This document shows, piece after piece, positions 27,351 to 40,140 of a stretch of DNA of 64,000 nt. Position numbers and translations under genes: made by a program. The notes under the pieces were generated by a model. It searched no databases. It saw nothing but the letters and a program-made list of their open reading frames with translations, and had not been told where the DNA came from. Location: contig NC_042998.1 of assembly GCF_006345805.1 (NCBI RefSeq), positions 138,570,001-138,634,000 on the forward strand, given 5' to 3'. Positions within the stretch are counted from its first letter, which is position 1. Every line of letters begins with the position of its first letter. The stretch comes from Octopus sinensis. Lineage: Eukaryota.

Positions 27351-28380
27351 TTTTTAAAAAATGTAAAAGGAAAGGAAATGATCCATATCATAAGACAAAA
27401 ATGTTGTGTTTAGTATAGGCAGTGAAAGTTAAGTTGAAATAATTGCTATTCTGTCAAGTATTCACCCTCGACTCACTCTCAGTTTCATAACAAGTCTGCA
27501 CATCAGTGTTTATCTGGGGCCTAGGCCTCCAGATCTGTGAAACCTACAAATGCCAATGTTAGGACTAGATTAACATCCATAGTGACCCTAATGTCTAAAA
27601 ACATTTAAAAACACAAAACGAACACCAACACCACCCATTGTCTCTTCCTCTCTCTCTCTGTCTTACTTCATCTCTGTCCTCTCTCTTGCTTTGCAACTCA
27701 CTCCTTCCTTTGAAGTGTGACACATACCACAGATATGTACAAAAACAAACAAAACAAAGTGTATTAATATTACTGATGATCATTAAAAGGATAGCAACTG
27801 GTGCTCCCTTTGGTCAAAAAAATTTTACATATTAGAAAATATACGATCTGTTAGAAAACATAATATCAAAGGAAGAATAAGATGCTAATCCAATTTGGAT
27901 TTTATATATAGCTTTACACCCACCTAAAGGCAATAGAAGATTTCTTAAAAAGAAATTAAAAAAAAAAAACAATTGAAAGAGTGTAATTAAGACCAAATTT
28001 CTTATGTCACACCAGCCAGTTTTTAAACCAGACATCAAAACAGTTAAAGAAATAAGATAGAATTTTGAGAGCCAACATGAAAGCTGGTGATCTATTGGGA
28101 CAGGATAACTGTTTTGTTACCTTACAATTTTTGTGTAGGCGGGGGAAGATTTAGTATTAGGTTTTGTTCTTTTAGCCCCTTAGCTAATTTTGATTAAATC
28201 AATGAACAAAAGCATTTCAACCATTGCTTAAATACCTACACTTTTACACTATATGCATACACAATTAGGCATGTAATCTGTCTTACCATATATACGTGTG
28301 TGTGTCCCCACACATATATATATATATTTAGATATATGCACATATATATATATATATAAATACATACATAGATATATATA

Positions 28381-29222
28381 TCATCATCATTTAACGTCTG
28401 TTTTCCATGATGGCATGGGTTGGACAGTTTGACTGAGGATTGGCAAGCCATGAGGCTGCACCAGGCTCCAATCTGATCTGGCAATGCTTCTACAGCTGGA
28501 TGCCCTTCCTAACGCTAACCACTCCGAGTGTAGTGGGTCTTTTTATGTGCCACCAGCATGGGAGCCAGTCAGGCAGCACTGGCATCAGCCACAACTACAA
28601 TTTCTATTTGATTGTGATTTGATTTGATTTTGATTTACTTGACTCAATAGGTCTCCTCAAGCATGGCATGTCGCCCGATGATCCAAAGATACTTTTTTTT
28701 CAGTGGGCTGGTTATGTGACACTGGTGTAGGCTATGGTTGTGATCTCACTTTACTTGCCAGATCTTCTCAGTCACACCATATCTCCAGAGGTCTTGGTCT
28801 TCCATCATTGCCTCTGTGAGGCCCGATGTTCGAAGGTCATGCTTCACTACCACATCTCATGTCTTCCTGGGTCTCCCTCTACTACAGATTCCTTCCACTA
28901 TTTGGAAGTGACACTTCTTCACACAACTCTCCTCATTCATACATAGTACATGACCATACTAGCGCAGTTGTCTCTCTTGCATGCCACATCTGATGCTTCT
29001 TATGTCCAACATTTCTCCCAGGGTACTTACACTCTGTCATGTGTACACCCTGACATTACACATCCAGCATATCATACTAGCTTCATTTCTTTCAAGCCTA
29101 TGCAAGTCTTCAGTAGTCACAGCCCATGTTTTACTGCCGTGAAGCATGGCAGTTCGTACACATGCATCGTACAATCTGCCTTTCACTCTGAGCGAGGGGC
29201 CCTTTGTCACCAGTAGAGGTAG
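28381..29222 (-). mobile_element. RTE LINE 3' fragment (same family as 49417-51311)
   Basis: LPLLVTKGPSLRVKGRLYDACVRTAMLHGSKTWAVT peptide plus the 3' UTR and CAT tail, closely matching 49417-50360. Confidence 0.88.
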
Positions 29223-30340
29223 GGAAGAAAATAAAGAATGTGTAGCGGCTAGCAATCTATCATGGCAAATGCCGGACAGAAGGGTCACACAGAAGGGGAG
29301 ATAATAAAATAGTGGTGATCCCAAAATGAAGGTGCGTGTGTGTGTGAATAAGAGAGTTTGTATGTGTGTGTAGAAGGCTGGTGATCTTGATGTGTGCATG
29401 GGTATGCATAGGTGTGAAAATGTGGGTCTGGGAAGTGGTCAGTGCTGATGTGTACATGATGGTGTGTCATGATATGATGTGTTGTGTGGTATGGTGGTGT
29501 AAGGTGTAGTGGTTTGTGGTGTGGTGTGATGGTGTTAGGAGGTAAGAGTGGGGAAAGCAAGGGTGGGGTGTGGGTTAGGCTGAGGGTGGTGGTAGAGGTG
29601 GGGTATGTGGGTAGGCAGAGGGTAGGATATGTAGAAGTGGGTGGGATGGAGGATAGGGAAGGGGGGATATGTAGGGGTGGGGTGGGCTTACAAGAGAAGG
29701 GTGACAATAAAGGGGGAGGAGATGAGTAGGAGTGAAGAGGAGTCGGAGCAAGAGAGGAAAGGGGCGAGGGGAGGAGGTTAGATGAAGAAGGGAGGAGAGT
29801 TGAGCCCATGTGGTGCAAAGGAGCAAAGAGAAAAGATTAATCCCCATTCATGGCGCAAACGGGAGTCCAGATAGCCCTTGTGCAAGGACAATCCGAACAC
29901 GGACAGGTGTTCCAGTAGAGCAGAAATGGTGCGAAACCGGGGTGTCATTGCTGAGTCAGATGTCTCGGAGGTGTTCTGCGAACCGGTCAGCCAAGCGGCG
30001 TCCCATTTGCCTGATGTATAGAGAAGGGCAGAGAGAGCAGGAGATGTAGTAGATGATATTAGTAGCAGTGCAGGTGAAGGAGTCAGTGATGTGATAGGGT
30101 CAATGATGGGTGCCGGAGAGGAGGGTGGTGTTGGAGAGGTAAGGACAAGTGCGGCAGCATGGGCAGGAGCAGGGGAATGAGCCAGGTTGGGAGGCTGGGT
30201 TAGGGAAGAAGCTGTGAACCAAGAGGTCTCGTAGGTTGTGGGTTCGTTTGAAGGAGAAGGGGTCAGTTAGAGAAGATGTGTGAAGTGGAGGGGTTGGACT
30301 GTGGACTGGAGTTGCCGGAAGGCTCAGAGAATGGTACAAG
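29223..30340 (-). mobile_element. Second Penelope-like element remnant (Cys-rich linker plus GIY-YIG, then low-complexity 3' region)
   Basis: FKRTHNLRDLLVHS...PCSCPCCRTCPYL...FTCTATNIIYYISCSLCPSLYIRQMGRRLADRFAEHLRDI, with in-frame stops (29830-30340). Confidence 0.8.
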
Positions 30341-30409
30341 GATCATGTGACGAAACATATATACATATACATGCATATATATACATACATATATGCATAT
30401 ACATACATA

Positions 30410-33270
30410 TACGTTGTCAGCTTTCCACAGCCAGCAAAGGCACTGACTATCACAGCCTGTGAAGACAGGTACGCTAATCAAAGCATCAGAGACGCCACTT
30501 CTCAGTGCATAACTCATTTTCATAATGTCAAGGAATCATGTTCTTTTCTTTTTACAACACTTCTGGTACAGGGAGCACAAGATTTTGCTACAGAACCCCA
30601 GGTACAAAATCAGTACATTAGTATTCACAGCACTGATAACAACAGCTGTGCTGTCTGACTCAGCTACATGAAGTGTGTGGAGCAGGAGTTGTATGTCACC
30701 TTCTTCTGGTGATGACTTTAATTCAGAGACCTCCTCTCACCTGTCTGTCACGATCTTGAAGCAGAGGTTCATCACGTTACAAAAAGATCTTTGTCCCCCA
30801 GTTTTGCCCAGGAACTTTATCAGACTTGCTTTGTTGGGAGGGCTGCTGAGCAACTTACACCACTGCTGGATAGTATATCCAGATGCTATGCTCCTAAATT
30901 GGATTCCTATTTCTGATCCGCTGTTAATCTTTACTGCAATTTTATGGATGTTTCCTTGTAATAATCAAAGGCAACATCAAGACAATGACTGTGGGCTCCT
31001 TCATGGAGAATGTGGGTCATCAATGAGTCTGATATCTGCGAGGTCTTGTCACTTCCTTTCAGTTTTTGGACCAAGCTCATCTCATTAATAACTGTTACTG
31101 ATGAACTTAGAAGAATTTCTGATGGGGCAACATTCTTTTCCAACTCTCTAGCTAGGGATGCTTTGTTGGTCTTACGAAAAGTTCCATCACCATGGGCAAA
31201 TGCAAATGGTAGAGAGCCCAAAGGGTGAGCCAGTACATCAGCTATATCTAACTTTATGCTACAAGGATAATGCGACCAAATAAGTCCCAGTCAGCTTGAA
31301 AACCACATCCTTGGCATGCTCTTGAGTGCATGGTTCCTTTCTGATGTCCAAAAAAGTTTCCGGGGATTGGATATCCGCTTCATCTTTCTTGATCCTTGAC
31401 TGACTGAGGTCAGGGTGGTTCAAGGGCTTGTGTTTTCCTCCATTTCTCATATCTCTCAGTTGCCACAAGTATGAGCTGTGATACTCTGAGGTTAAAAAGA
31501 ACCTAGCCACTGCTCCAGCTTTTAGACTGAATCCTTTCATGCCACCAGGAGTTTGGGTGTCCTTGTTAACTGTCTCTTCAATTATTTGGTCCACTGGTAT
31601 ACGTCCAAATGGATTTTGTTCTGCAATCTGGACTGTGAAACTACCATTCATGAAGTGTGCATGGACTTCAGGATGTTCTATGTGGAGTCGAGACATCATT
31701 GCATAGTAGTAGGTCAGGAATCAAGCATAGTTCACCTTGTCATAGGCAAAACACCATGGGATCATCTTTCGGATGGAGGCAGGATGGAGGATCCAGTCGC
31801 CTTCTCTGGAAGCTTGTATTAGGCCAAGCTTGATCACCACCATGTCTATGTATGACATCCAGAAAGCCGACAGACTGTACATGCATCTAAGAGATTCAAG
31901 GTAGGTTTGAAACAGCTCCAAGATCCTTGTGCAAGTCTCATTTCCAAGAACTTCTTGAAGTACATCTGGCTGACACTGCTTTGAAAGTAGCCTATGGCCT
32001 TCAATGTTTCTGCTAGGTGAGGCACATCTTCTGCATGACTGTCCTCTATCCATGGGAGAAACCCTTTCCAGGCAAGCCTCATTAATGCTTTATACATGAA
32101 CTTGTGTACTGTGATTGCACAGTTGTACTTGTGACCTTCCATGATCTCAGCCACTGATCCATCTGCAGTGATACCTGATTCAACACACATATCCCTGATC
32201 CCTGCATCTTGAAACTGCTTGCCAATGATAGAAAGGAAGTTGCTAATTGTGTGGTAAATTCCCATTCTGATGATCATGTTCCCATACTTGTCTTTTTCCT
32301 TCACTATTTCAGCTGCCTTGGCATACAGTGTCCTGGACAACTGTGACATCAATGTGGATCTTGATGTTGAATCATGTCCAGCTGCTTGTTGTCTGGTTCC
32401 CTGAGTCAGACATTTGAGTCAAAATTCAAACATAGTTCTTCCTTTTTGCATTTTTGACCTGTTGGTCACTGTTGATTTCTAGTGTCTCAGTCTTGGGTGG
32501 TCCAGCTCACTGCCCAACATTATAGATCAGTAGCAGCAATGGAGAAGGATTAATGCTTCTTTTCTTGGACTTGGTAACTACAGATACAACACTCTGTAGC
32601 ATGGGCCCTGAAACTCTAGGCTGGGAAGTGATGCCGTTGACCCTGTGGGAGGTGCCTCCACCACTAAGAGTATATTCAAGGCAGTCAATATTGTCCCAAG
32701 CCACAATTGTGAATACACCTGGGCACATGTTTACGGGCAGTGGTGTGCCATTTTCTGAAACTTCCAGCTTCTGGATGCAAAGGACTGTATCTATCTTTTC
32801 AAGCTGTGAGTAAGACTGTGTCCAAAGTGATTCAGTATCCATATCAGTTCAGTGTTTCCTGTAAGAGACTTCATAGCATATGGTAGAAGTATATGCTTTG
32901 GTGGCTTTGTTTTGCCACAGGTAACAGCAAACAGCAGGTCACTTCCAAAAGAAGTAACAAGACACTTGACCCTTTCTGAGGGATTTGTACACTCATTTTC
33001 CCCAGTCAGCAAGGAATAGAGAAATTTGGTAACAGTGTTGGGAATGGCATTTTGCTCGGTGCTTGGTAGCCATGTTTGACTGAAGTCTTGTTTCTTTATC
33101 TGCTGTCTTAGCTGCACTGCTGCTTTGACTAGAGAATCTTCAGACAGAATTGTCTTTAATTCTTGCTGCTACTGATCCAGTCTGTGGTGTTTTTTGACAA
33201 GATTATCCATGGAAAGACTGTTTGGGTATACAAGGAGCTTCTTCTTGTCATTCTAATTTCTGCTAGATGT
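30410..33270 (-). mobile_element. Decayed Academ-like DNA transposon (DDE transposase plus XPG/FEN1-like nuclease) in GALT intron 1
   Basis: Frameshifted ORF pieces carry VAWDNID...TLSGGGTSHRVNGI, (DQ)TLYAKAAEI, RMGIYHTISNFLSIIGKQFQDAGIRD, KYNCAITVHK and FGRIPVDQIIEETVNKDTQTPGG (Academ-type transposase). These are followed by VAFDYY, EEGD...LLH and FTGCD/VSAFAGCGK (XPG/H3TH-like). Termini not found. Confidence 0.72.
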
Positions 33271-33820
33271 GTGAATAATGTTATGTGTTGTAGTCATCAT
33301 GCGCAAAAGTACTTCAGTATGAACATTGGTGAAATTTCATAAATCTGAAAAAAAAAAAGCTACCGAGCTGAAAGAGTTATCACATAGTGACCCTATAAAC
33401 ATTTTAATACCACTTAGGTGTATTCAAACCAGATGGTACCATTAGCTGACGTGGCTCATGGACTATAATCACTTTCTTAGCCTACAGGTTTTTCTGCTCC
33501 ACGCAAGTGTGCATCCAATAGCTGAGTGCTCATGCAACATTTCCTCGGAGCCATTTAAATGTTTAAAGTGCAAAAACGTGACAGCCTAGTCTTGAATTTG
33601 TGTCATGCATATAAACAAACATTTTGTTGTATATGTACTCAAACATATCTTTCCTGCTTTCAGTCATGAACAGCCCTGCCTAGGGCGAATTTTACAGTAG
33701 GCTTCCAGCTTTGCATAAATAAGTGTATCCACTCAACCTGATATATCAAATTGCATATCAGGTGTTAGCACTATATGAATATACTTTACTACACTTACAG
33801 GCAGACATAGCTAGAGACTG

Positions 33821-33855
<35 letters not shown>

Positions 33856-34701
33856 TGAGAAGAGAGGAGACAGACAAAGACAAAGAGATTAAGCTACCTG
33901 GGGCATAACTACAGTTTGGTGCCCCCAACTTTGGATCCTCATTACTTTCTGAAAATTAAACCTATTTTTGATGAAATTTCGAAAATATGTTTGCGATTAT
34001 GTAGATTACGATTATGTTGATAAGATTTAGAAAAAAAAATACAGGATAGAGAGTTAGATCATTCCTCTCCCGGCCTCGATTCCATAACCAATTTTGTAAC
34101 ATTAGCATTTCTTAATTTTTTTTTATTCGGATTTATATTAAAAACTTCACATAACGCGAAGTGCTTTTTCGATAATGGATTTCTACAAAATCTCATTTTA
34201 AACTATGTATTTTAAAGAAAGTTAAAGGAAAGAAGGCCGAGATAGGGAAAGAAAATGACCTGAAATTCATCAACAAAAAATATTACCGACATATTCTCAA
34301 ATTTACACACTTGAAAACCTATCTTCGTAAAATTTACTTTAAAGAAATAAGCATTTCCCAGTAAGTTATTAGAAAATAAAGGCGGGGGAAGAGCACCTGT
34401 AATTATACCCTATCTAGTCTAATTTATAATGCCCCTTTTTATCTGTCCCTCCCAGAGAGAGAAAGAAATAAAATAAATACAATGTTCTTGTTTTATTTTA
34501 AGCTACTTCAGACCGCGTACTTCTCGACGATGCATTTAAGCATAAAATATTACAGTTATAAATATAAATATAAGCTAAGACAATGTCAGACAATACCACG
34601 AAGATATAATTATGTGACTTTTTTTCTTCGTCAAGATTAATGTGTTTTCAAAGACTACTTTATTAATAATATAATTGCAAAATAACTACGAAGATACTGA
34701 C

Positions 34702-34723
34702 CATTGGGATCAAATGTTTCCAT
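34702..34723 (-). CDS. GALT: GALT coding exon 1 (METFDPN + first base of D)
   Basis: Minus strand ATG GAA ACA TTT GAT CCC AAT G followed by donor GTCAGT. The phase-1 end joins exon 2 (AT CAC CAG...) to give [17 protein letters not shown], matching the GALT N-terminus. It lies next to a CpG- and ETS-motif-rich promoter-like region. Confidence 0.8.
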
Positions 34724-35000
34724 AATTCTTTCAAAGTTTATTCTTTACAAAAACATATATTGACTTCCTCGCGAAAAAGCAACATAGAAGCACGCGGCAA
34801 ACTAATTACATTCCCAGGGTAACTTGCCAGATATACTTCCGGAAATTCAAAGCTATATTTAGACTGACAAATTAGTATCGGCTTTGTCGCAATGTCTATG
34901 GGAAAAGTGTATACCTTCCTGAAAGTATGTTTACCCGGACCCGGCGGAAGAGTATAGAAGTGAAGGTGAACTAATGGATAGTGTTTTTTTTTTCAATTGT
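34724..35000 (-). promoter_or_regulatory. Probable GALT promoter / 5' UTR region
   Basis: Local CpG enrichment against the AT-rich background. ETS-like ACTTCC (34763-34768), palindromic ACTTCCGGAAA (34835-34845), GGCGGAAG (34943-34950) and E2F-like TCGCGAAAA (34769-34777), directly upstream of the GALT ATG. Confidence 0.55.
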
Positions 35001-35233
35001 TAGTCTGTAGGAAGAGTAATACCCATTTCTATGAGGCCGGTGATATTGATACAATTAATATTTTTGTGTAAACTGTTGCATATCGACACTTATGAAAAGA
35101 CATAAGCAATAAGGGAATTCCAGATGGACGAAATTCTGAAGAGAACGAACTGAGTATCGTGATTAGTGCAGGGTTTTGGACACAACAAGGATCATAAGAA
35201 GAGGAGATTTGAGTGGATTGAGAGTAGCCAAGT

Positions 35234-35322
35234 GGAGCTGAGGTAAAGAATACACACACCACCTGTTTTTGGCGTAACCCTAACCTTAAACACCGGGTGT
35301 GCGTATTCTTTACCTTCGCCCC
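35234..35322. repeat. 89-bp mini inverted-repeat element with a central TAACCCTAACC
   Basis: About 35-bp imperfect TIRs (AGGTAAAGAATACrCACACC). One arm recurs almost exactly at 53882-53920. Confidence 0.7.
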
Positions 35323-35349
35323 TGAGTGATACAAAACTAACCAACTCTG

Positions 35350-37200
35350 AGAAACTGAGGTCATTATAGCAACATTAAAAAAAGTAATGGGAGGTGACAG
35401 CACATTTATAAAAGAGGGGTGGAAGTGAGTCTGTGGGTGATTTTATACCAGACAATGGAGTGGTTTTCTCTAGACGAAATGTGTGTAGCAGCATCACTGT
35501 CTCAGGTGGGGATGGGATCAATATTCCATTGTAGAAAGCTTTGTATGGTAACAGCAAATGTTGGGTGTTGAAATATTCTCTGGCCCTGAAAAGTAGGGCC
35601 AGTCTTTGGGATACAGTCCTTGCCAAGTTAAGGATATGGTTTGCCATATGAGGTCCTAAGTAACTTTGGAGCCTAGCATTTGGAGCAACAGTCAGGGTTC
35701 TAGATGAGTGCTGCTTATGTTTGGATGGGTGTGATAGCATTTTCTTGAAATTTATAATGCTTGAGCTTTTTGCCATTAAAAGAGTCAATACCGACAAGGT
35801 CTTACTGGAGGATGTCTTCAAGAGTTTGTTCAAGGAATCAGTGCAGGTTTGAAATGTGGTGTCTAGATTGTAGATGGGGAACATGCTTGGTATAGGCTAA
35901 GAAGGAATGAAGGATCATATCATCTGTACAAAAGTGTACAAGGGTGGACATAATGGCAAGGAAGTGATCATTGATTTATAGAAGAAAAAGAATAGGGAAG
36001 AAAACAAAACCCTGGGGTACACCAGAATTAATTGAAAGAGCTCTGTCAATACATTCTTAGATGGATAGGAAGCTACCAATCCAACTACTGATACATCGTT
36101 GTAGATTTTGCCATGCTGCGGGGTGACGGCAATGCTTTTAATGAACTTCTCTAAAGTTAAAGCTTACTGGTAAGCAACATGAGATAATAGGTCCCAATGG
36201 ACCTGGCTCTATGGAATCCATACAGATGGTCAATAAGGAGAGAGAGAGAGAGAGGACAACATCATTGTAAAGGATTGTCTCCATTATCTTGGAGATTTTA
36301 GAAGTGACTACCATAGGACAATATTTGGCTGAGAAGGTTTATTTTTCATGAGAACTAGACACATTAAAATGTGTTTCCAAAGGCCAGCACATCTTCATAG
36401 TAACAGACTGAAAAGTTTGAAGAATATAGAGGCAATATCTGAGTGTAATGGAAGAGACATTCTTAGAACCAGTTGTTTCATTGGTTTGAAGCAACCAAGA
36501 TATTCATAATTGATGTAGGAACGTGTATGGTATGGAGCTTGATGAGATGGACGGTGATAGATTTGGAGGAGTTTGAAAGGTGAGAAAGCCTGAGGGCCAT
36601 GCAGTACATGAAGGCTTTTTTACAGTACAAACAATGGCCTTGCAAGAGTTGTGTTGTTTGGTGAATGCCACTCAGATGTTGAGAGTGGGGTGATATTTTC
36701 AGATGGTGAGACTTGAAGTTTAAAAGGGTGGATGTGGGATAATGTTTTCTTGAGGTATGTAGTAATTGTGTTTTTATGCTATTGAAAGAAACAAGATTGG
36801 TATGACCCCAGTGGAAGATGTTTTTAAAGTTACTGTTCATGGAGTGGTCAGCACACATTTTGTGTGAGGTGTCTCAGTTGCATGTTGAGATGCTTGAGTG
36901 CAGAAGGAAGGAATAAAGGGTGCTAACATTTGTACTGAAGTGGACATTGATGGCAAGCTGGTTAATTTTGTATAGAAGCATGGGGTTGAGATGAGCTGGA
37001 AGGAAAGGGCTATGATGACAACAGTCAAGCAGCTTGACCAGAACAGGAAGGGTGAGAGAAGTGAGGGAAGGAAGACCAGGGGTCAGCTCTCTTTTGCCTT
37101 GGGTGCTCATGACAAATGGATGTAAGGCAAGTGAGCTGATAGGGATGGGCACTAACAGGGATGCGCAGGCTGGGCACAAGTTTTGGGTTGAGTACAGCTG
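35350..37200 (-). mobile_element. Degenerate CR1/Jockey-like LINE (RT and endonuclease remnants)
   Basis: Remnant peptides GFHRARSIGDLL, NIFHWGHTNLVSFNSIKTQLL and SQRLALLFRAREYF, with many stops and frameshifts. Confidence 0.65.
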
Positions 37201-37740
37201 GATGGCAAAACAATGAGGAGGCAGGCAAGTTGTTTCTTATTCCCCTGCATTACAGTTCCCTCACACAATATGAAGAAAGAGTGCAGAGGACAAAGCAAAA
37301 TTCTGCAAGTAGAATTAATAGGGACATGCTACAATAATGCAATCTGACAGGACGCTGTTACTCCAGGAGAAAAGAAATGGATGGAATCTACAATTAAACA
37401 GTTTGCTACAATGCTGGTTATGATGAAAGCTAATTCAAATGTTAATAACAGATCAGTCTGTTAATGACACCCATCAATGAGGTGATGGTGTTAAAGATGG
37501 TCAGTTTTAGTTTGCCACCCCCAAAACAAATAATTTCATCAACAGGTTTCTATATAGTTTTTATCAAACAAATTTGACATGCAAAACTATGGCCAACCCC
37601 TGGTCAATGGTAGAAGATACATTTTCCAAGGTGTCATAGAGTAGTCTGGAATCCTAAGAGAAACCAGGTAGTTGGGAAGCAAACATTTTAACCACATAGC
37701 CATGTCAGCACCCATTTGAACTAAGAGTATGTGAGCAAAC

Positions 37741-37983
37741 AATCCACTACAAGGTCAACCATTTTGCCTCTGTTGCACTTTTAGTTAAATAATAATTATA
37801 GAAAACAGCTTGCATTTTAATTAAAATATTAAATATTTACTTCATAACATTTCATAGATCAAATCCACTACAAGGTCAACCATTTTGCCTCTGTTGCACT
37901 TTTAGTTAAATAATAATTATAGAAAACAGCTTGCATTTTAATTAAAATATTAAATATTTACTTCATAACATTTCATAGATCAA
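37741..37983. repeat. Perfect 121-bp tandem duplication
   Basis: 37741-37861 is identical to 37862-37982. Confidence 0.95.
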
Positions 37984-38187
37984 TAAAAAAATTTCTCGTC
38001 ATGTAACACATCCTAATTCTATGAAAGTTTACAGCCACAAATCAATGTGAACAAATGGCTGAACTAAAAAAAAGTCAGTCAGTCGACTATAGTCTATAGT
38101 TTGTGAGGTTCATAAGTGCACAGTAAGAGGCACAACCTTCCATCATCTTTTTCAATGATATATATATACACACACACACATAAAGAC

Positions 38188-38230
<43 letters not shown>

Positions 38231-40140
38231 TACATATAAATAAATATACATATATATATATACACATATATATGCACACATATATATATATACATACATA
38301 TATATATATATACATGCATATATATATATATATACATACATGCATATACATATATATATATATATATATATAATGTGAAATCGCAGGAAGGTTAATGGAG
38401 GAACTAGTATTTTTGTGTGGAAGATGCACAAGAACCTTAAAGAAATTCTGGTGATGATTCTCACCCAGAAGAAAATAAATCTCTCGTGAGATTTTTTTTT
38501 TTGTAGCAATTTTGTGCCAACCAAGGTTTGAGTTCACTGTAATGTAAAGGGCTACAAAGAAAGAAAAGAAGGGCCTACAAATTCAAAAGGTGTTGATTTT
38601 CAGAATGCATAAAGGACTGAATATCATAGACCAGAGGAAAACAAGACATTGGCAGTGAGTTCTTGAGAATAGCAACTCAAGGAAAGAAGTTATTAAAATA
38701 ACTGACAGAGTCAAGACTATTGAATAGGTTGCAAGACGCAACGAAAATTTTAGGAAAATAAAAATAAGAAATAAGTGGAAATTTTACTGGTAAGTGTGTT
38801 AAATTATAAGGCACAAAAAGAAAATGACTCTCTCCAGACACAACAGAAAATAAAAGGACTTATGGCTAACAAGGAGCTCAACAGAGAAGCAGGTGACATG
38901 TTTAACAGTCTTGACAGAGAGTACTATAAAATATTACTTCATCCCTTCTCAATAATTTCTTTCTCTTCCATCACTCAACTGTCCTTTTTTCCATTTTATA
39001 GTTTCACATACTTCAAATTTTTAATATGCTTTTTAAAATTTAATTATGTGTGCAAGTGTATGAATGCAGAGACATGATGGCTTTATATCATGTTGAATTA
39101 TTTCACTTTAATGATATGTATCAAATCAAACGCGCCAAAACAATTTTTCAAAGATGTTGACACTGATCATGAGTTTAATTAAATAATTAATTATATTTTT
39201 AAAAATTCAATCGTTGACTTCCTTTTTCTTTTTCGTATATTGTTTATCATGTAATCATACAGAACTATTTTATAAATGCCTACTTTAATATCTGTTAACT
39301 TTCGTGTATTTGTGCAAGAGAGAGAGACCTTTGAAATGATCTGTAGATCTTTTATATTGTTTCTATCTTCCCTTTATTTATATTCTTGTTATTTATCATC
39401 TTGTACTGTTATCAGATATTCTATCATATTACTTTTTACTATTTTACCTTTCATTTGTCTCAGTCATTAAACTGCAGGTATGCTGGGGCACCAATTGAAC
39501 TTGAAGAATTTTAGTTGAACAAATCAACCCCAGTTCTTTTTTTTTTTTTTAAACCTTGTACATATTCTATTGGTCTCTTTTGCCAAACCGCTAAGTTATG
39601 GGAACATAAACATACCAACACTGATTGTCAAGCAATGGTGAGGTACAAACACAGATGCAAACACACACACACATATACATATATATGATGAGTTTCTTTC
39701 AGTTTCCATCTACCAAATCCATTCACAAGGCTTTGGTCAGCCTGGGGCTATGACAGAGGATACTTGCCCAAGGTGCCACACAGTGGAACTGAACCTGGAA
39801 CCATGTGGTTTGGAAGCAAACTACTTACCACACAGCCATGCCTGTGCCTATGAATATATTTTTATTATAAATAATTTGCAAGGCAGTGAGCTGGCAGAAT
39901 TGTTAGCATGTCAGACAAAATGCTTAGCAGAATTTCTCCTGGTTCTTTATGCTCTGAGCACAAATCCTGCTGAGGTCTGCTTTGCTTTTCAGAATCAATG
40001 AAATAAGTACCAGTCAAGAATTGGGATTGATGTAATTTCTGACAATGTGCCAAAATTAGAAAGAATTATTAATAATTTGTTTATTAATTTTTAAAGATTT
40101 TGAAAGATTTGTGATTTTCTTTCAGGTAGCCTTGGCATGA

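Noticed and set aside
35150-35245. Apparent plus-strand donor CTGAG|GTAAAG suggesting a first exon
   Set aside because: The motif is part of the inverted repeat of the 89-bp mini element, and no ATG-initiated open frame leads to it.
38592-38650. Possible 51-nt plus-strand exon (ttttcag ... gtgagt)
   Set aside because: It is isolated, with no partner exons or homology, and such signals arise by chance in 64 kb.
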